Notes: generated from the sequence alone by a model not told the origin. A stretch of 64,000 bases of DNA from Chiloscyllium plagiosum (GCF_004010195.1 NC_057711.1:72443175-72507174), one strand, 5' to 3'. Numbered from the stretch's first letter, positions 24,323 to 37,800 are shown. A program made the numbers and translations.

Positions 24323-25174
24323 AAATGTGTTTAAAATGATGAGAGGTCTGAGTAGCATCAGTAGGGAGATATTGTTCCCCTTGGGTGAAGGACCAAGAAG
24401 GAAATGACACTGACCTAAAGTGATGTGTAAAAGAAGCAATGGCAAACAGAAATAACTTTTATTATATAGTGAATGGTTTGGATCTGGTGTCCTGCCCAAG
24501 TGTGTGGTGGAAGCAAATCCAACCATTACTTTCAAACAGAAGAGGATAAATAATTGAGCAGAAATAATTTGCAGCACCATGGACCAAGGCCAGGGTAATA
24601 GGACCTGAGTGAGTAGCTCTTGTAGTGTGTTAGCATTCATTTAAAAGGGCTGAATGGCTTCTTTCCATGTTGCTCAATTTTATGCTGCTCTGGTTCTTCG
24701 AAACCAAGACCGATGGATTAAGACAAAGATTGCAAATTTTTAAAAAATAATTGGGTTCGACCTATGCATGAACTGTTCTGAATTTTATAAGTTCATTTTT
24801 TTGATTTGAAGTTTTGTACCAGAAATATGAATTCATAAAATGACTGCTTATATTTTTATGAAAGAACAAGCAACTACATAACTAAACACAGCATTTGCAG
24901 TCCAGTTATTTATACATGTAATTTATAAAGAATCTGTCATTCTATTACTGACTTTGGAAAAAAACTTATGCAATATTGTTCTTATTCTTACATGCAAGAA
25001 AGTTATATTTACCCAACGGATCAATGTTTAATTTATTTTTTTCCCAACGTAGTATCTTTTGGTAGTTGAGGGAACTGTGTGGAGCTCTTGATGAGGTTTT
25101 GTTTATATATTGATTTATATGTGGACACTTGTTTTAAGTCACTACTTGTTTTCATGAAACATTCAGTGTTTTTC

Positions 25175-26085
25175 AGCACTTTAGGTGAAAGGACTAAGAG
25201 GAAGGTATCTATGTTTGTTGATTATACAAAAGCTAGGTGGGAAAATACACTGTGGCATGGGTGCAAAGAGGTAAGGAATAGAGACATTTAAGTGAGTGTG
25301 CAACAAGGTGGCTGATGGAATATAAATGTGGGGAACTGTGAGTTGTTGAATTTGGAAGGAAAAAATAGAAAAACAGTTTTTTTTTCAGAAAAAGCTGGCA
25401 ATGAAAGACTGGGAAATGTCAATATTTTCAGGGATTTGCATGCCCTTGTTCATGAATCACAGAAGATTAACATGCCGGCAGAGCAGGCAATTTGGAAGGC
25501 AAATGATATATTGGCATTTATTACAAACGGCTTGCAATATGAGTGATGTCTCATCACACTAGTACAGTCCTTGGTGAGTCTGCACTTTGAGTACTGTGGG
25601 CAATTTTCGTATTCTAAGCTAAGGAAGAATATTATTGCACCGAAATAAATGCTACAAAATTTCACTAGAGCAATTCCTAGAATGTGACTGTCCTATTGAG
25701 CTGAGATTGTGTAGAACAAGCCTATATAGTCCAGAATTCTGAAGGATAAGTGGGATAGCACTGAAACATATAAAATTCTTCAGGGTATTAACAGGGTGCA
25801 TATTGGAGGATGTTTTGCATGACTTGGGAGTCTAAAACTAGGAGCCACAGTCTCAGAATAAAAAGTGAGTCATTTATGACTGAGATGATATCAAACTTCT
25901 ATATTCAAAGAGTTGTGGATCCTTGGAATTCCCTACTCCGGAAGACTGTGGATGCTCATTCATAGGGTGTATTTCAGACAGAGATGAATGTGTAGATAGC
26001 ACAACAAAGTGGAACCGAAGATGACCCAAGATCATACTGGATGGTGTGCAGCCTCTAGAATGAATTGTCCTATTTCTACTGCTGT
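25175..26085 (+). mobile_element. Old CR1 RT/3' fragment
   Basis: KVSMFVDYTK (degenerate KFADDTK), RDLHALVHESQK, KANDILAFI. Confidence 0.75.
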
Positions 26086-26334
26086 CTCTTTAGAAACCTG
26101 ACACTTTATAACAATATCATCAAGATCTATTTGTGGAATTTTGCTGGATAATACCTACAAACCAAAGATATTTAATTAGCTAAAAATTGCTTTGAGACAT
26201 TCCGAAGATGCATTCTTTGTTGTCTGGGGTTTTTGATTATTGCCAGTTGTGTACATTGTCATGTTGATATAAACAGAAAGTTTGGGTTAGATTTTTGATA
26301 ATGAAGTAAACAGTTGATAGCTCACTACCAGTCC

Positions 26335-27010
26335 CTGAGGCACACAACTGAGTGTCCTGTATACCAGCAAAAGACCTATTTATGCCTATTCTCTGCTTTC
26401 TGAGAGCCAACCAGTCTTCTATTCATGCCAGTATGCTGACCCCTAATCATGACATTTTACTTTCCACAATAACTTTTGATGTGGTATTTTATTAAACGCC
26501 TTGTGGAAATCTGAGTGCAGTGCATCCACAAGTTCCCCTTTATCCATCGCTTATGTTACTTCCTCAAAGAGTTTTATAAACTGGTTAAATATTATTCCCT
26601 TTTCATCATAGCAAGTTGATTCTGATTATCCGTGTGTCCTGCTACAACTTATTTAACAATAGTTTCCAACATTTTTAATGAAAAATGTTCAACTAACAGA
26701 CTTGTAGTTTCCGATTTTTCTGTCTCATTCCTTTATTGAGTATTTGAATTACATTTGCTATCCTGCAATCTAATGGCGCCTGCTATAAATCTGGGGACTT
26801 TTGCAGGAGTAAAATCAATGTAACAAACATCTTACTTGTTTCTTCTCTTAAGATCTGAAGATGAAGTCTATTAAGACTGTCATCCTGCAGCTCCAACATT
26901 TGACTCAATAGTCCATGGTGATTGTAATTTTCTGAGTTCATCTCTCCCTTCTATATCTTAATTTAAAACTACTACTGGAATATTACTTGCATCTACTATA
27001 TTAAAGACTG
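26335..27010 (-). mobile_element. Old CR1 fragment
   Basis: Antisense gatttccacaaggcgtttaataa (DF.KAF) and actacaagtctgttag motifs. Confidence 0.6.
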
Positions 27011-27011
27011 A

Positions 27012-27400
27012 TAGAGTCATAGAGTCATGGAGATGTACACCACGGAAACAGAACCATCAGTCCAACTCGTCCATGCCGACCAGATCTCCCAACCTAATCT
27101 AGTCCCATTTGCCAGCACTTGGCCCATGTCCTTCCAAACCCTTCCTATTCATATACCCATTCAGATGCCTTTTAATTGTTGCAATTATACCAGCCTCCAG
27201 CACTTCCTCTGCAGGTCATTCCATACTCGTACCACACTCTGTGTGAAAATGTTGCCCTTTAGGTCTCTTTTATATCTTTACACTCTCATCCTAAACCTCT
27301 AGTTCTGGACTCCCCCACTCCAGGGAAAAGACCTTGTCTAATTATCCTATCCATGCCCGTCATGATTTTATAAACCTCTATAATGTCACTGCTCCGACAC
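27012..27400 (-). mobile_element. CR1 3' end
   Basis: (tagagtca)n tail; homologous to 2307-2700. Confidence 0.9.
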
Positions 27401-27689
27401 TCCAGGTAAAATAACTATTCATTTCATCTCTTTATTTCCATTATTACTTTTCCAGCCTCACTTTCTATAGAAAGAACACTCACTTGGTTAACTCTTTCCT
27501 TTTTAAAAATATTTATAGAAAAATCACAATTTTTATATTTCTGCTTCCTTTTTCTCAAATTTGTTAATCTTTTTAGTAATTATTAATCTTTTCATAATTG
27601 CTTGATTTATTTTATTGGATCCAATGTACTGATGTCACTGCACAATTCATCCTGTCATCTGTACAAGCCAACATTTCCATTATACAGTG

Positions 27690-28560
27690 CAAGACATTAG
27701 CTCTAGTTTTGGCATTATACAGTTTCATACATGCCTATTTGGCAAGAGATTTTCCATTGAGACATATCACAAGCCATTCGAATAGATCTGCCACAAATTG
27801 TTAACAAGTACGCAACTGCATTTGCAGCATTTAGTTAAAGAGCAAGGATATGACTTTGAAATGAAATATAAACCAGGTATCAAGATCATGATTGACATGC
27901 TGAATGGATCAAATCCAGTTACAGTGCAGTGGGAAGATCGCATCCTTATGATGGGCTACTTCTCCAATTTTGAAAAATGTGATGCTGGAAAAACACAGCA
28001 GACCAGGCAGCATCCAAGGAGCAGGAGAATCGATGTTTCGAGCATAAGCCTTCTTCAGGAATGAGCTTCTCCAATTTTGAGAGCAGGGTGCTGGAATAGC
28101 ACAGTAGGTCAGGCAGCATCCTTCATAAGGGCTTATGCCCAAAATATCGATTCTCCTGTACCTTTTCCAGCATCACACTCTCGACTCTATCTTGAGCATC
28201 TGCAGTCCTCACTTTCTCCTATTTCTCTGATTCACCTTTCTTTGATAATTTAGCAACATAATGAGCATGACTGTCACAGACATGGTGACCACATTTTCAG
28301 TTCTTTTGTATCCTGGTCAGATAGTATCTGCTAGTGGACTTTAGCTCACCAGCAAACCATTTCAAGGCACACGTACTGAAGTGATGAATGACACACCTTA
28401 CATCATCAGCCCATATCAGTACCCATGTTCACATGGACTAGTGGAACATATGACACCCCATGTCAAATCAGTGATCAATAAGTGTTGAGCAACAAAACAA
28501 GATTATTGTTTACCTTGCCACATTTTCCTGCAACACCGATGGACAATGATATACCCCACA
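27690..28560 (+). mobile_element. Second decayed Gypsy pol remnant (RNase H plus integrase core)
   Basis: LALVFGIIQFHTCLFGKRFSIETYHKP, QGYDFEMKYKPG, ILMMGYFSNF, PGQIVSASG, SHGLVEHM. Confidence 0.7.
27974..28220. mobile_element. Two stacked PLE family A terminal inserts
   Basis: 27974-28065 is a minus copy with a hammerhead (28032-28058) flanked by a 15-bp direct repeat; 28081-28220 is a fold-back copy. Confidence 0.8.
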
Positions 28561-30574
28561 GCTTATGCTGGAGACAACTGCAAGCAACTTTTGTCTAACT
28601 TTCTGAAATACAAAGCATATTTCTTCAATTACAGAGGAGAGTGAGAGATACATGGTGAACAAGAAATTGGGGAACTATACCAGCAAAAGTTTCTGAAATA
28701 TGCAACCAGCCCAGATCATACAAAGTCACCGCAGATATCCACTAGATCCTGTAGTACTACATTTTCCATGTCTAATTTCTTATTTTACATGGGATGACCT
28801 GAACATGACCAGACCAGTTGTAGATATCTTGTGGGAGGCAAAACCCACATCATGAATGTCTCCCAAGAGCCAATTATTGAGGTCAAGAGATACAAGGAAA
28901 CACCCATAGAATTTGAGATTGCTGAAGTATAAAGAGTCAATGATGTATCTTTGGATTCCTGTTATAAACAGGAATGAAACTGTTGTGGTAGTCAGGGACC
29001 AGCTGCACAATTTACAAATACATTTTGTTGAACTTATGGCACATGAGGGTAAAGTTTACAGCTCACTGTCAACACATAAAATAAAACAACTCACCAACTT
29101 CCCATATTCCCACCCATACCAACATTGCCCCCCCCTCCCCCTATATTATAGGAGATGGGTAAGACACCATGTAAGCTTATCTGCCTTTCGCCCTATAACT
29201 GGATAATTAACTGTCACTTAAAGCCTCAATCTGCCTCCACCACAATATTTTATCCAGCAGTGGAAAGCAGGGCAAAGGTGAACAGCCCATATCACTGCAT
29301 GGAGGCTGCTGATAGGCAGGAAGAGAGATAACCAACATTCCCTCTAAGCTGCAGGCCACACATCCATGTAGCCACTCTGATGTTCCACACATGGGGCCTG
29401 GTATGCCGATGCCGAGTGCAATATTGACCGGTTCCCGAAGTTGCTGCCATGCGCAGCCTCAGAGGTCTGCACAGATGAGAAAAAAATTAGGGATGCACCA
29501 GAGACAACAATTTCCAGCAAACCCATGATGATTGTACGCCCTCAGTATTCCTCTTACTTAGTCTTAAAAGCCCAATTCCCCTAACTCATCTTCCCACTTT
29601 GCTGATATTCACCTGGCAGGCCCATCCAACATCCTCGGACTTACTTGAGCTCCAGCATCCATGGGGCCTCATCTTCAAAGATCTCTGTGGTCAATTCCTT
29701 AATTCTAGTGTTGCTAGGTTGAAACAGCTGCTGGTCAAATGGATTGAAAGTTAAGTTCAAAAGGTTATACTAATGACCCCATACCATTTCCATGTCTCCA
29801 GTGCTTTTCCATTCCAAGGTATTCCTGCTTATTCTCCCACAAATCCTTCTGTCTCCTGTATCAATTCATGCCAACTATTGCTCCTTCAATATCCAATTAT
29901 CCAGTTTACCTCATGTACAGAACTAATGAGCCCTATTTAACAAAGACATGTGAGCAACTACTCAGAAAAACACACACATTCACAAATCTTCCTTTGAAAA
30001 TAAACGTTGGTGCTCTTGTAACCCCATAGGAATTAATCAGACAGACAATTAGCATATCAAACCCTTAAACCTTGAACAAACGAACATTGAGACATTGAGT
30101 AAGATACCACAGAAAGAACAGTATTATAATAACATAAAAATGCCAATCAAGGTCAACAATTCATTTCAGTTGCTGAAATAAACTCCTCTAAAGAGATACT
30201 TCTGCAGTGAATCTGGACTGTCAACCAAGTTTAGATAACAAGCACTGTTGTAAGAAATTATTGAGGTTTAGAAGATTGAAAGGTGATCTTAAGGTTCTAA
30301 GGGGCCTTAACAGAGAGCAGACATTGAGAAGATGTTTCCCTACTGGGGGAGTATAGAACTAGGTCACACAGTTTCAGCCTAAAGGGCAAAAGCTTCATCA
30401 GCACAAGGAGATAGATTTAGCTGCATGAATAGCCACACATACATTTTGGAGGAAATTTGATTTTATTTTGTACTCTAGATCTGCATAAATCTCCTCTGGC
30501 CTTTCTATAGGTTTGGGAAAATATTGTCTGTGAAATGCATTCCACCGGCTGCCTCTGCTGACATCAGGTTCAGG

Positions 30575-30897
30575 TTGGCACAGTGGTTCAATGGTTAGCT
30601 CTGCTGCCTCACAACGCCAGGGACTTAGGTTCAATTCTGCCCTTGGGTGACTGTATGCCTGGAGTTTGCACATTCTCCTCACATCTATGTGGGTTTCCTC
30701 TGGGTGCTCTGGTTTGTTTTCACACTCCAACAATGTTAGGTGGATTGGCCATGCTAAATTGCCGATAGTGTCCAGAGATGTGTCGGCTAAGTGGATTAGC
30801 CATGGGAAATGCAGAGTGATAGGGTTGGGTTTGGGTGGGATGCTTTCTGGAGGTTTGGTGTGGGCTGAATGGCCTGTTGCTCACCTGTAGGGATTTA
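30575..30897 (+). mobile_element. HE1-type V-SINE
   Basis: A/B boxes, V-domain and tail present. Confidence 0.85.
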
Positions 30898-31066
30898 ATT
30901 ATTGCTCTTTTTAAAAGGGGGGAGGGTAATGAAAAATAGATGTTCTCCCCGACATCACTTTTGTTTGGCGGTGTGCACTTTCAGAAGCCCATTAAAACCA
31001 CAGTACTTTCGAGGATTTGTGAAAAAAATGGAAAGCCTGTTGACAATCCTGGGACTTTCCGAAAGG

Positions 31067-31249
31067 TAAAAACAATGACTGCAGATGCTGGAAACCAGAT
31101 TCTGGATTAGTGGTGCTGGAAAAGCACAGCAGTTCAGGCAGCATCCGAGGAGCAGTAAAATCGACGGTCTTTTGCCCGAAACGTCGATTTTACTGCTGCT
31201 CGGATGCTGCCTGAACTGCTGTGCTTTTCCAGCACCACTAATCCAGAAT
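31067..31249. mobile_element. Palindromic PLE terminal insert with 20-bp target site duplication
   Basis: 68-bp arms at 31099-31166 and 31182-31249; tgggactttccgaaaggtaa at 31050-31069 and 31249-31268. Confidence 0.9.
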
Positions 31250-31336
31250 GGGACTTTCCGAAAGGTAAGTGTAGTGTGTTTCATATATTCAAATAGTACC
31301 AGGGTGACAAAAATATAACCTGGGGGTTATACTTGG

Positions 31337-31675
31337 AGCGGCATGGTGGCTCAGTGGTTAGCACTGCTGCCTCACAGTTCCAGGAGCCCTGGTTTGATTC
31401 CAGTCTTGGGTGACTGTCTGTGTGGAGTTTGCACATTCTCCCCGTGTCTGCGTAGGGTTCCTCCGGGTGATTTGGTTTCCTCCCACAATCCAAAGATGTG
31501 CAGGTCAGGTGAGTTGGCCATGCTAAATTGCCCGTAATGTTCAGGGATTGTGTAGGTTAGGTGCATTGGGCGGAGGTAAATATAGGATAGGGGAATGGTT
31601 CTGGGTGGGTTCTTCAGAGTATCAGTGTGGACTTGTTGGGCTGAAGGGCCTGTTTCCACAGTGTAGGGATTCTGT
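31337..31675 (+). mobile_element. HE1-type V-SINE
   Basis: Full head, V-domain and tail. Confidence 0.9.
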
Positions 31676-32370
31676 GATAACGTCAGTGGACTAGTAATCC
31701 AGAGGTCTCAGCTAAAGATCAAGGAACGAGTTCAAATTCTACTATGGCAGCTGGTAGAATTTAAGTTCAGTTAAGAAATCTCACCTCAGTAATGGTGGTA
31801 ACAGACTTAACTGATTGTTTTAAAAACTCATCTGATTCACTAATATCCTCCAGGGAAGGAAATGCACCACCCTCACCTTGCCTGGACAATGTATGACTCC
31901 AAAGCCACCTTAATGTAATGAACTCTTAACTGCCTTCTGAAATTATAGAATCCCTACAGTGTGAAAGCAGGACATTCAGCCTATCAAGTCCACACAGACC
32001 CTCTGACCCAACCAGACCCACTCCCCTATCCTATCCCTGAAACCATACATTTCCCATGGCTAATTCACCAAACCTGCTCATCCCTGGACACCATGGGCAA
32101 TTTAGCATGGCCAATGCACCTAACCTGCACATCTTTGGACTGTGGGAGGAAACCAGAGCACCCGGAGGAAATCCACAAAGAGCAGACACAAAGAGAATGT
32201 GCAAACGCTACACAGACAGTCACCCGGGCCTGGAATTGAACCCAGGACGCCAGCACTACGAGGCAGCAGTGCAAACCCTGAAGATGGCCTGGCAATCCAA
32301 AGTTCAAGGGCAATAGGCACTGGTAATATATTATAGCCCTGCCTATGACATCAACATCCTATAAAAGCAT
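31676..32370 (+). mobile_element. tRNA-derived SINE (SlmI/AmnSINE2-like central domain, as recalled) split by an HE1
   Basis: aaaaactcatctgattcactaatatcctccagggaagg core; resumes at ccctgaagatggcc (32276); homologous to 39078-39400. Confidence 0.65.
31946..32275 (-). mobile_element. HE1-type V-SINE
   Basis: Antisense HE1. Confidence 0.88.
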
Positions 32371-32880
32371 ACAGAACTATTAGGTATTGTACCAAAATGC
32401 AGATGTGTGTTTTACTACGATAATTCATTACAAGGCACTGCACTTTAAAGGTATAATTTGACCTGTATATTGATCAGCCTTGTTTATTTGGTTTCACGCA
32501 TTACAATGCTTTTCTAGTAAAAAACAAAACATTAGAATGCAATGAAAAATATATCAAAACATCCTGTTAGTCTATGCTGTTATCGTTTCTATTAAAAATT
32601 ACACAACACCAGGTTATAATCTTTTATCCTTCGTCCTCCATGCCAGTCCACCACCGGCACCTCCACATCTTTACTATTGTGATTTCAATGGCTCTGGATG
32701 AATACCAAAGAGCAGTAGAGACTGTGCTATTGAATACGTACAAAGCTGACCTGTACAAAGTTTTCATCAAACTGGGAGTTAATGGAGACAAACAGGAGAG
32801 CTGCATTAAGGCCACAATCAGAGCAGCCATGATCTTGTTGAACAGCAGAGTAAGCTTCATGGAACAAATGATCTTACATG

Positions 32881-33122
32881 ATTAGATGATTAGATTAGAT
32901 TAGATTACTTACAGTGTGGAAACAGGCCCTTCAGCCCAGCAAGTCCACACCGCCCCGCCGAAGCGCAACCCACCCATACCCCTACATTTACCCCTTACCT
33001 AACACTACGGGCAATTTAGCACGGCCAATTCACCTAACCTGCACATCTTTGGACTGTGGGAGGAAACCGGAGCACCCGGAGGAAACCGCTGTGAGGCAGC
33101 AGTGCTAACCACTGTGCCACCG
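32881..33122 (-). mobile_element. HE1 SINE with an internal deletion and (tctaa)n tail
   Basis: ggaggaaacc joins directly to gctgtgaggc, so the B box and the start of the V-domain are missing; CpGs are retained (young copy). Confidence 0.85.
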
Positions 33123-33339
33123 TCTATAGTGTTCCTACTTGTCATGAGATTATGTTCTTATTAGATGCATTCAAAAGGCCCTTATAAAATATTTGACCAC
33201 CAAGCACACAATAAGGTACCAAAGATTATTTAAAGCACATGGGATTGAAGGAGGATAGATAATTGACTTTTAAATTTGATCAGAAGAGAAGAAACAGGAG
33301 TTTTCTCAAAGCATAATCATAGGACAGCATAGTGTAATT

Positions 33340-34236
33340 ATACTCCTTATACACTCGGGACTGTGGGGCCAAATGATACCCCAACTCCATTTATAAGTTT
33401 GCTGACAATACCACCATTTCAGGTCGGATCTCAAACAACGATGAGACAGTATACAGGAAAGATATTGAGTGCTATGCAGTATGGTGTAATGACAACAATC
33501 TATCCATCAACGTCAGCAAAACAAAGGATCTGGTCATCAATTTCAGGAAATGGAACAGAAGGCATGCCCCTGTCTCCATCAATGGTGCTGAGGTGGAGAT
33601 GGCTGACAGCATCAAGTTCTGGGGAATGGGGATCATCAACAATCTGTCCTGGTCCATCCATGGCAATACAATGTTCAAGAAAGCACAACAATGTCTCTAT
33701 GTCCTCTGGAGTCTAAGGAAATGTGGCATGTTCGCAAGGACTCTTACCAACTTTTATAGAAAGTGTCCTATCTGGATGCATCACAATGTGGTATTGCAAC
33801 TGCTCCTCCCAAGAACACAAGAAAACACAGAGAGTCATGAACACAGCCCAGTGCATCACGTAAACCAGCCTTCTATCCACTGACTTACATCAATAATTCC
33901 CACTGCCTCAGGAAAGCAAGCAACATAATCAAAACACCTCCTGTGTCAGTTATACTCTCTTCAACCCTCTTCTATCAGGCAGAAGATATATAAGTTTGAA
34001 TACATGTATGAATAGGTTCAAGAACAGCTTCTTTCCTGCAGTTATCAGATTTTAGATTGGATCTCAAATTTAAATCTGATCCCTCTCTCTCTCTCTCTCT
34101 GTATCTTCTCAGTAACTGTATTCTGCACTCTGTTCTGCTAACCTGATGAGCTTTGTATGGTACGATCTGCCTGTATAGCACACAAAACAACACTTTTCAC
34201 TGTATCTCAGTACATGTGACAACAATAAATCAATCA
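33340..34236 (+). mobile_element. Rex1/Babar LINE 3' fragment
   Basis: KFADNTTI, ISNNDETVYR, WCNDNNLSINVSKTKDLVINFR, KKAQQCLY; 3' aataaatcaatca. Confidence 0.85.
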
Positions 34237-34555
34237 GTTGGAATCTGGCAGAATTATCTCTGAGCGTTTTGTTCTGCTACAACTTCTGTGTATTATGTAT
34301 ATCAAAATATTTGAGTAGTTTTATGGCAACTGATCTCATTAATTTCAGGCATGTTACACTTTAGACTAAATTTCTGGTATGAAGTGGGTGCCTAAGCTTC
34401 ACATGTGACAAGGGACATATATAAATATATAAACTAAAGAAATAAATCGACAGATTTACGTTCAGCTTAACCAGCAGACCACCAACAAGAAGAATAAGAA
34501 TACTGAATTCTAGTATTCTTATTCATTGATATAGAACGCCAAAGGGTAGCCAAAG

Positions 34556-34872
34556 GGACAGCACGGTGGCACAGTGGCACAGCACCAGGTTTGATTCCAG
34601 CCTCAGGCAACTGTCTGTGTGGAGTTTGCACATTCTCTCCACATCTGGGTAGGTTTCCTCCGGGTGCTCCAGCTTCCTCCCACAATCCAAGGATGTGCAG
34701 GTTAGGGGAATTAGCTGTGCTAAATTGCCCATTGTGTTCAGGGATGTATAGGTTAGGTGCATTGGTCAGGGGTAAATGTAGGGCAATAGGTCTGGGTGGG
34801 TTACCCTTCGGAGGGTTGATGTGGACTTGTTGGGCCGAAGGGCCTGTTTCCACACAATAGGGATTCTAATTC
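34556..34872 (+). mobile_element. HE1-type V-SINE
   Basis: V-domain and tail present; short deletion in the head. Confidence 0.88.
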
Positions 34873-37800
34873 TGAATGTAATGGGTCATAGTTCGAAATG
34901 AGCACTGGCAAAGCACTAACTCATTTTCTAGCTTACCCAATTATCTTTAATAATGCAAAAGAAAATTGAACTTTGTTGACAATTTTTGCAACTTTGCCAC
35001 AGCAAATTTTGTAGCATCCTCCAGAATCAATTATACCGCCTGCCCAATACTTCCTTAATATTCTCTGCTCTACTAAGCTTAAAAATAAATCCCGAAGAGG
35101 TGTGCAGTAACATCTCTGATCAGGTTCATTTGAAAATATTTAAAAATATCTACTGAACACAGGAATTGTCCTTGGAACCTTTTAATCTTCTGGAAATGCT
35201 AAAATAGATCTTACAGAAGGATTGAAAAAAAATTAATGATAAGTACACTCAAAGTCTCGCCTAATCGAATAAGGATTAGTGGATAACAATCAGGAACTGG
35301 ATCCCTTGATGATTTTTCTCTACCTTAATCCAGGGACAGTAAGAGCATTTATAACTCTTCCATTACTGTTGCAGAAATAAATAATTCTTTAACCGTAAGC
35401 AATTACTAATTTTCAGTCTGTTCACAAATCTGCAGTTATAATAGGGACAAGTATCAGTAACTAATTGACACCACTTTATGTGATATTTCTGGTCATTATA
35501 CATGGGATGAACTCAATTTCAGTTATGGCTACTATATTTACAGCACAGCTTAATCAGAATGTTTTATCTTAAATGCAGCCAAATCATGTAGAGTTGATGA
35601 TCACTAGGGGCAGATACATTTCTCATTCTACCAATCGGCTTGATGTAAGAGACCAAAGCTTGGTTGTCAAAAAGAATCACAGCGGCCCTTGCAGTGGGAA
35701 GCCAGCTGCAGCAAATAAGGAAAGAAGTGAATGTAGGGTAAAACCCGCTATCATTGTGACACCTGCCACTCGTGTACAAATGCTGAACAAATTACAGCAT
35801 TTGTTGTCAAGCTATCGAGCTGTAGCATGTGTTAGGCACTCGAAAGGGCCATTTAATTGTTTGAGCGCATAACTCTTGTCAAATATACAATGGTGAACAG
35901 AATGTCTGATTAAAAGATATGCTTGTACTAGAAATAATCGCGTGGGCAGCTCAATTATATGGGATTATTCAAGTCCACTTTAATTGTTTGACAGCTGAAT
36001 AGTTCCAAAATATTATAATTCAATGCCATGATTTTAAGATAATTATTACAGTAGTCATTAATGTGCTTGTGGCGATCATTATTTACCAAAGAAACTTTAA
36101 AGTAAATGACAAATAAAAAGCTTTAATAATCTTGTAAAATATCAGAGAACGTTGGTTATCAGAAATTCATTTTCAGAGAAAATAAATGTTCTATTATACA
36201 GAATCATAAACAATGCTGCGCAGAAACTTATACTATTAGTAATAGAAATTGGGTGAACTGTGTTTTTTTTGGAAATCATATTTCATTAAATAAATTACCA
36301 TTAAATAATCTAATAGCATTCATTTCTCATTGAGTTTTAATGAAAATTGTAAAATGGAGAGAGTGTAATCACAGTTTCTCTCCTGGTTGGATCAAATGGT
36401 CAGATTTAGAGATGTTTGTGAGTGGGAAGCTACTTTACCATTAATACAGTTATTTGAAATGACAGAGCTAAAACCTACTCTTATCTTGCCTGAGATAAAG
36501 AATGAAACCCATTTATTCTTATACCTTTCCACTTAAAAAAAACATTTATCATCCTATTTTAAGCACCAAGCTATTCCATATTTCAATTGTGCATATTTCA
36601 GCCTTTTTCATGTTGCAATAGGGTTTGCTTGATTTTTCAGATAATCCAGGTAATAAGACATGCCCACCTTGTCAATGCACGAATTTCTGGCCTATGTGTT
36701 AACCTTTCATTGTTTTCACTCCACCTAGACATGATTTTTACCAAAACGATATTCACTTCACTGGAAGTTTTTTTCTCCGTCTAGTGAGGTCACTGGGAGA
36801 GCTGCATTCTATTTAATGAGATATAGATTTTTCCTTCAAGACTCAGAAAGACTACATCAGTCAGAAATACTATTCTGACGGCAGCCTATTTCATAGAAAT
36901 ATAAATTGCTATTTTAAACATTTTACTGCAATTTATTTAGCATTTATTTTTGTCAGGAGGGTTTAAGGAGATTGGAAAATGAGTAATTGCATTATGTTTT
37001 TAATTGGGTATTAAATTGCAATCAACAACCATTAGAAAAAATGTAGAAATGGTATGTGAGTGGTAGATAAAGTGCTGCCTTAGTGAGAGGTAGTAATGAT
37101 GTGCCAGGTCAGGTACTGTATGGCTCTAAAGGGAGGCCCAGCATTAGTCTCATCTGTTGTATCTGCAGAGACACAATGAGAACAAATTATTGAACAGCTG
37201 CCTTTGCCAAAAAGCTATTGCAGTAGTATGTTGCATAGCAGTTTGCATGCCAGTAATATGAGGCAGTGTGAAGCAAAAATCAGCACTGAAAACCCAGATT
37301 TCTTACCTCATCTTTTGAGCCCTGGCTTTGCTCATTCCTCAAACAACCACGTGCAGCTGCCTAACAACACACTTACCCCTCCCCCTTGGATATCCAAAAC
37401 AATTTGGACAATTTCACGGTTAGCTTTAATGGTTTTTTGTGTAATTTCTACAGTTCTCATGCAGTGTTGGAAATGAAAAGTTATTTTCCCCGGTTTGATC
37501 ACTCTAAAAGATTTCAGAAAAAGTTGAGTAATTTGATGTGGTAATTTAGGCCCATTGTACATATGCAAATGGTTGCTTTTAAATTAGATGAGCGATTCAG
37601 TTGGTTATTTTTCAGGTTATGTGATTATTGCTATTCCTGTCTGTCAAATGAACAGAACTGATCTTGATTGACTAGCACCTAGTTCTGTTTGAATCATTTG
37701 GCATGCAATCAATCCTAAGGGCTGGAGTTTGGCTATTGAAATGGATAGCTTGAGGCCAGAAATCCCTGACTTGAAGAATCTACCAAAGTGAAAACTTCCA

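Noticed and set aside
31085..31318. Mirror-image ORFs on both strands (FWISGAGKAQQFRQHP)
   Set aside because: A consequence of the DNA palindrome, not coding.
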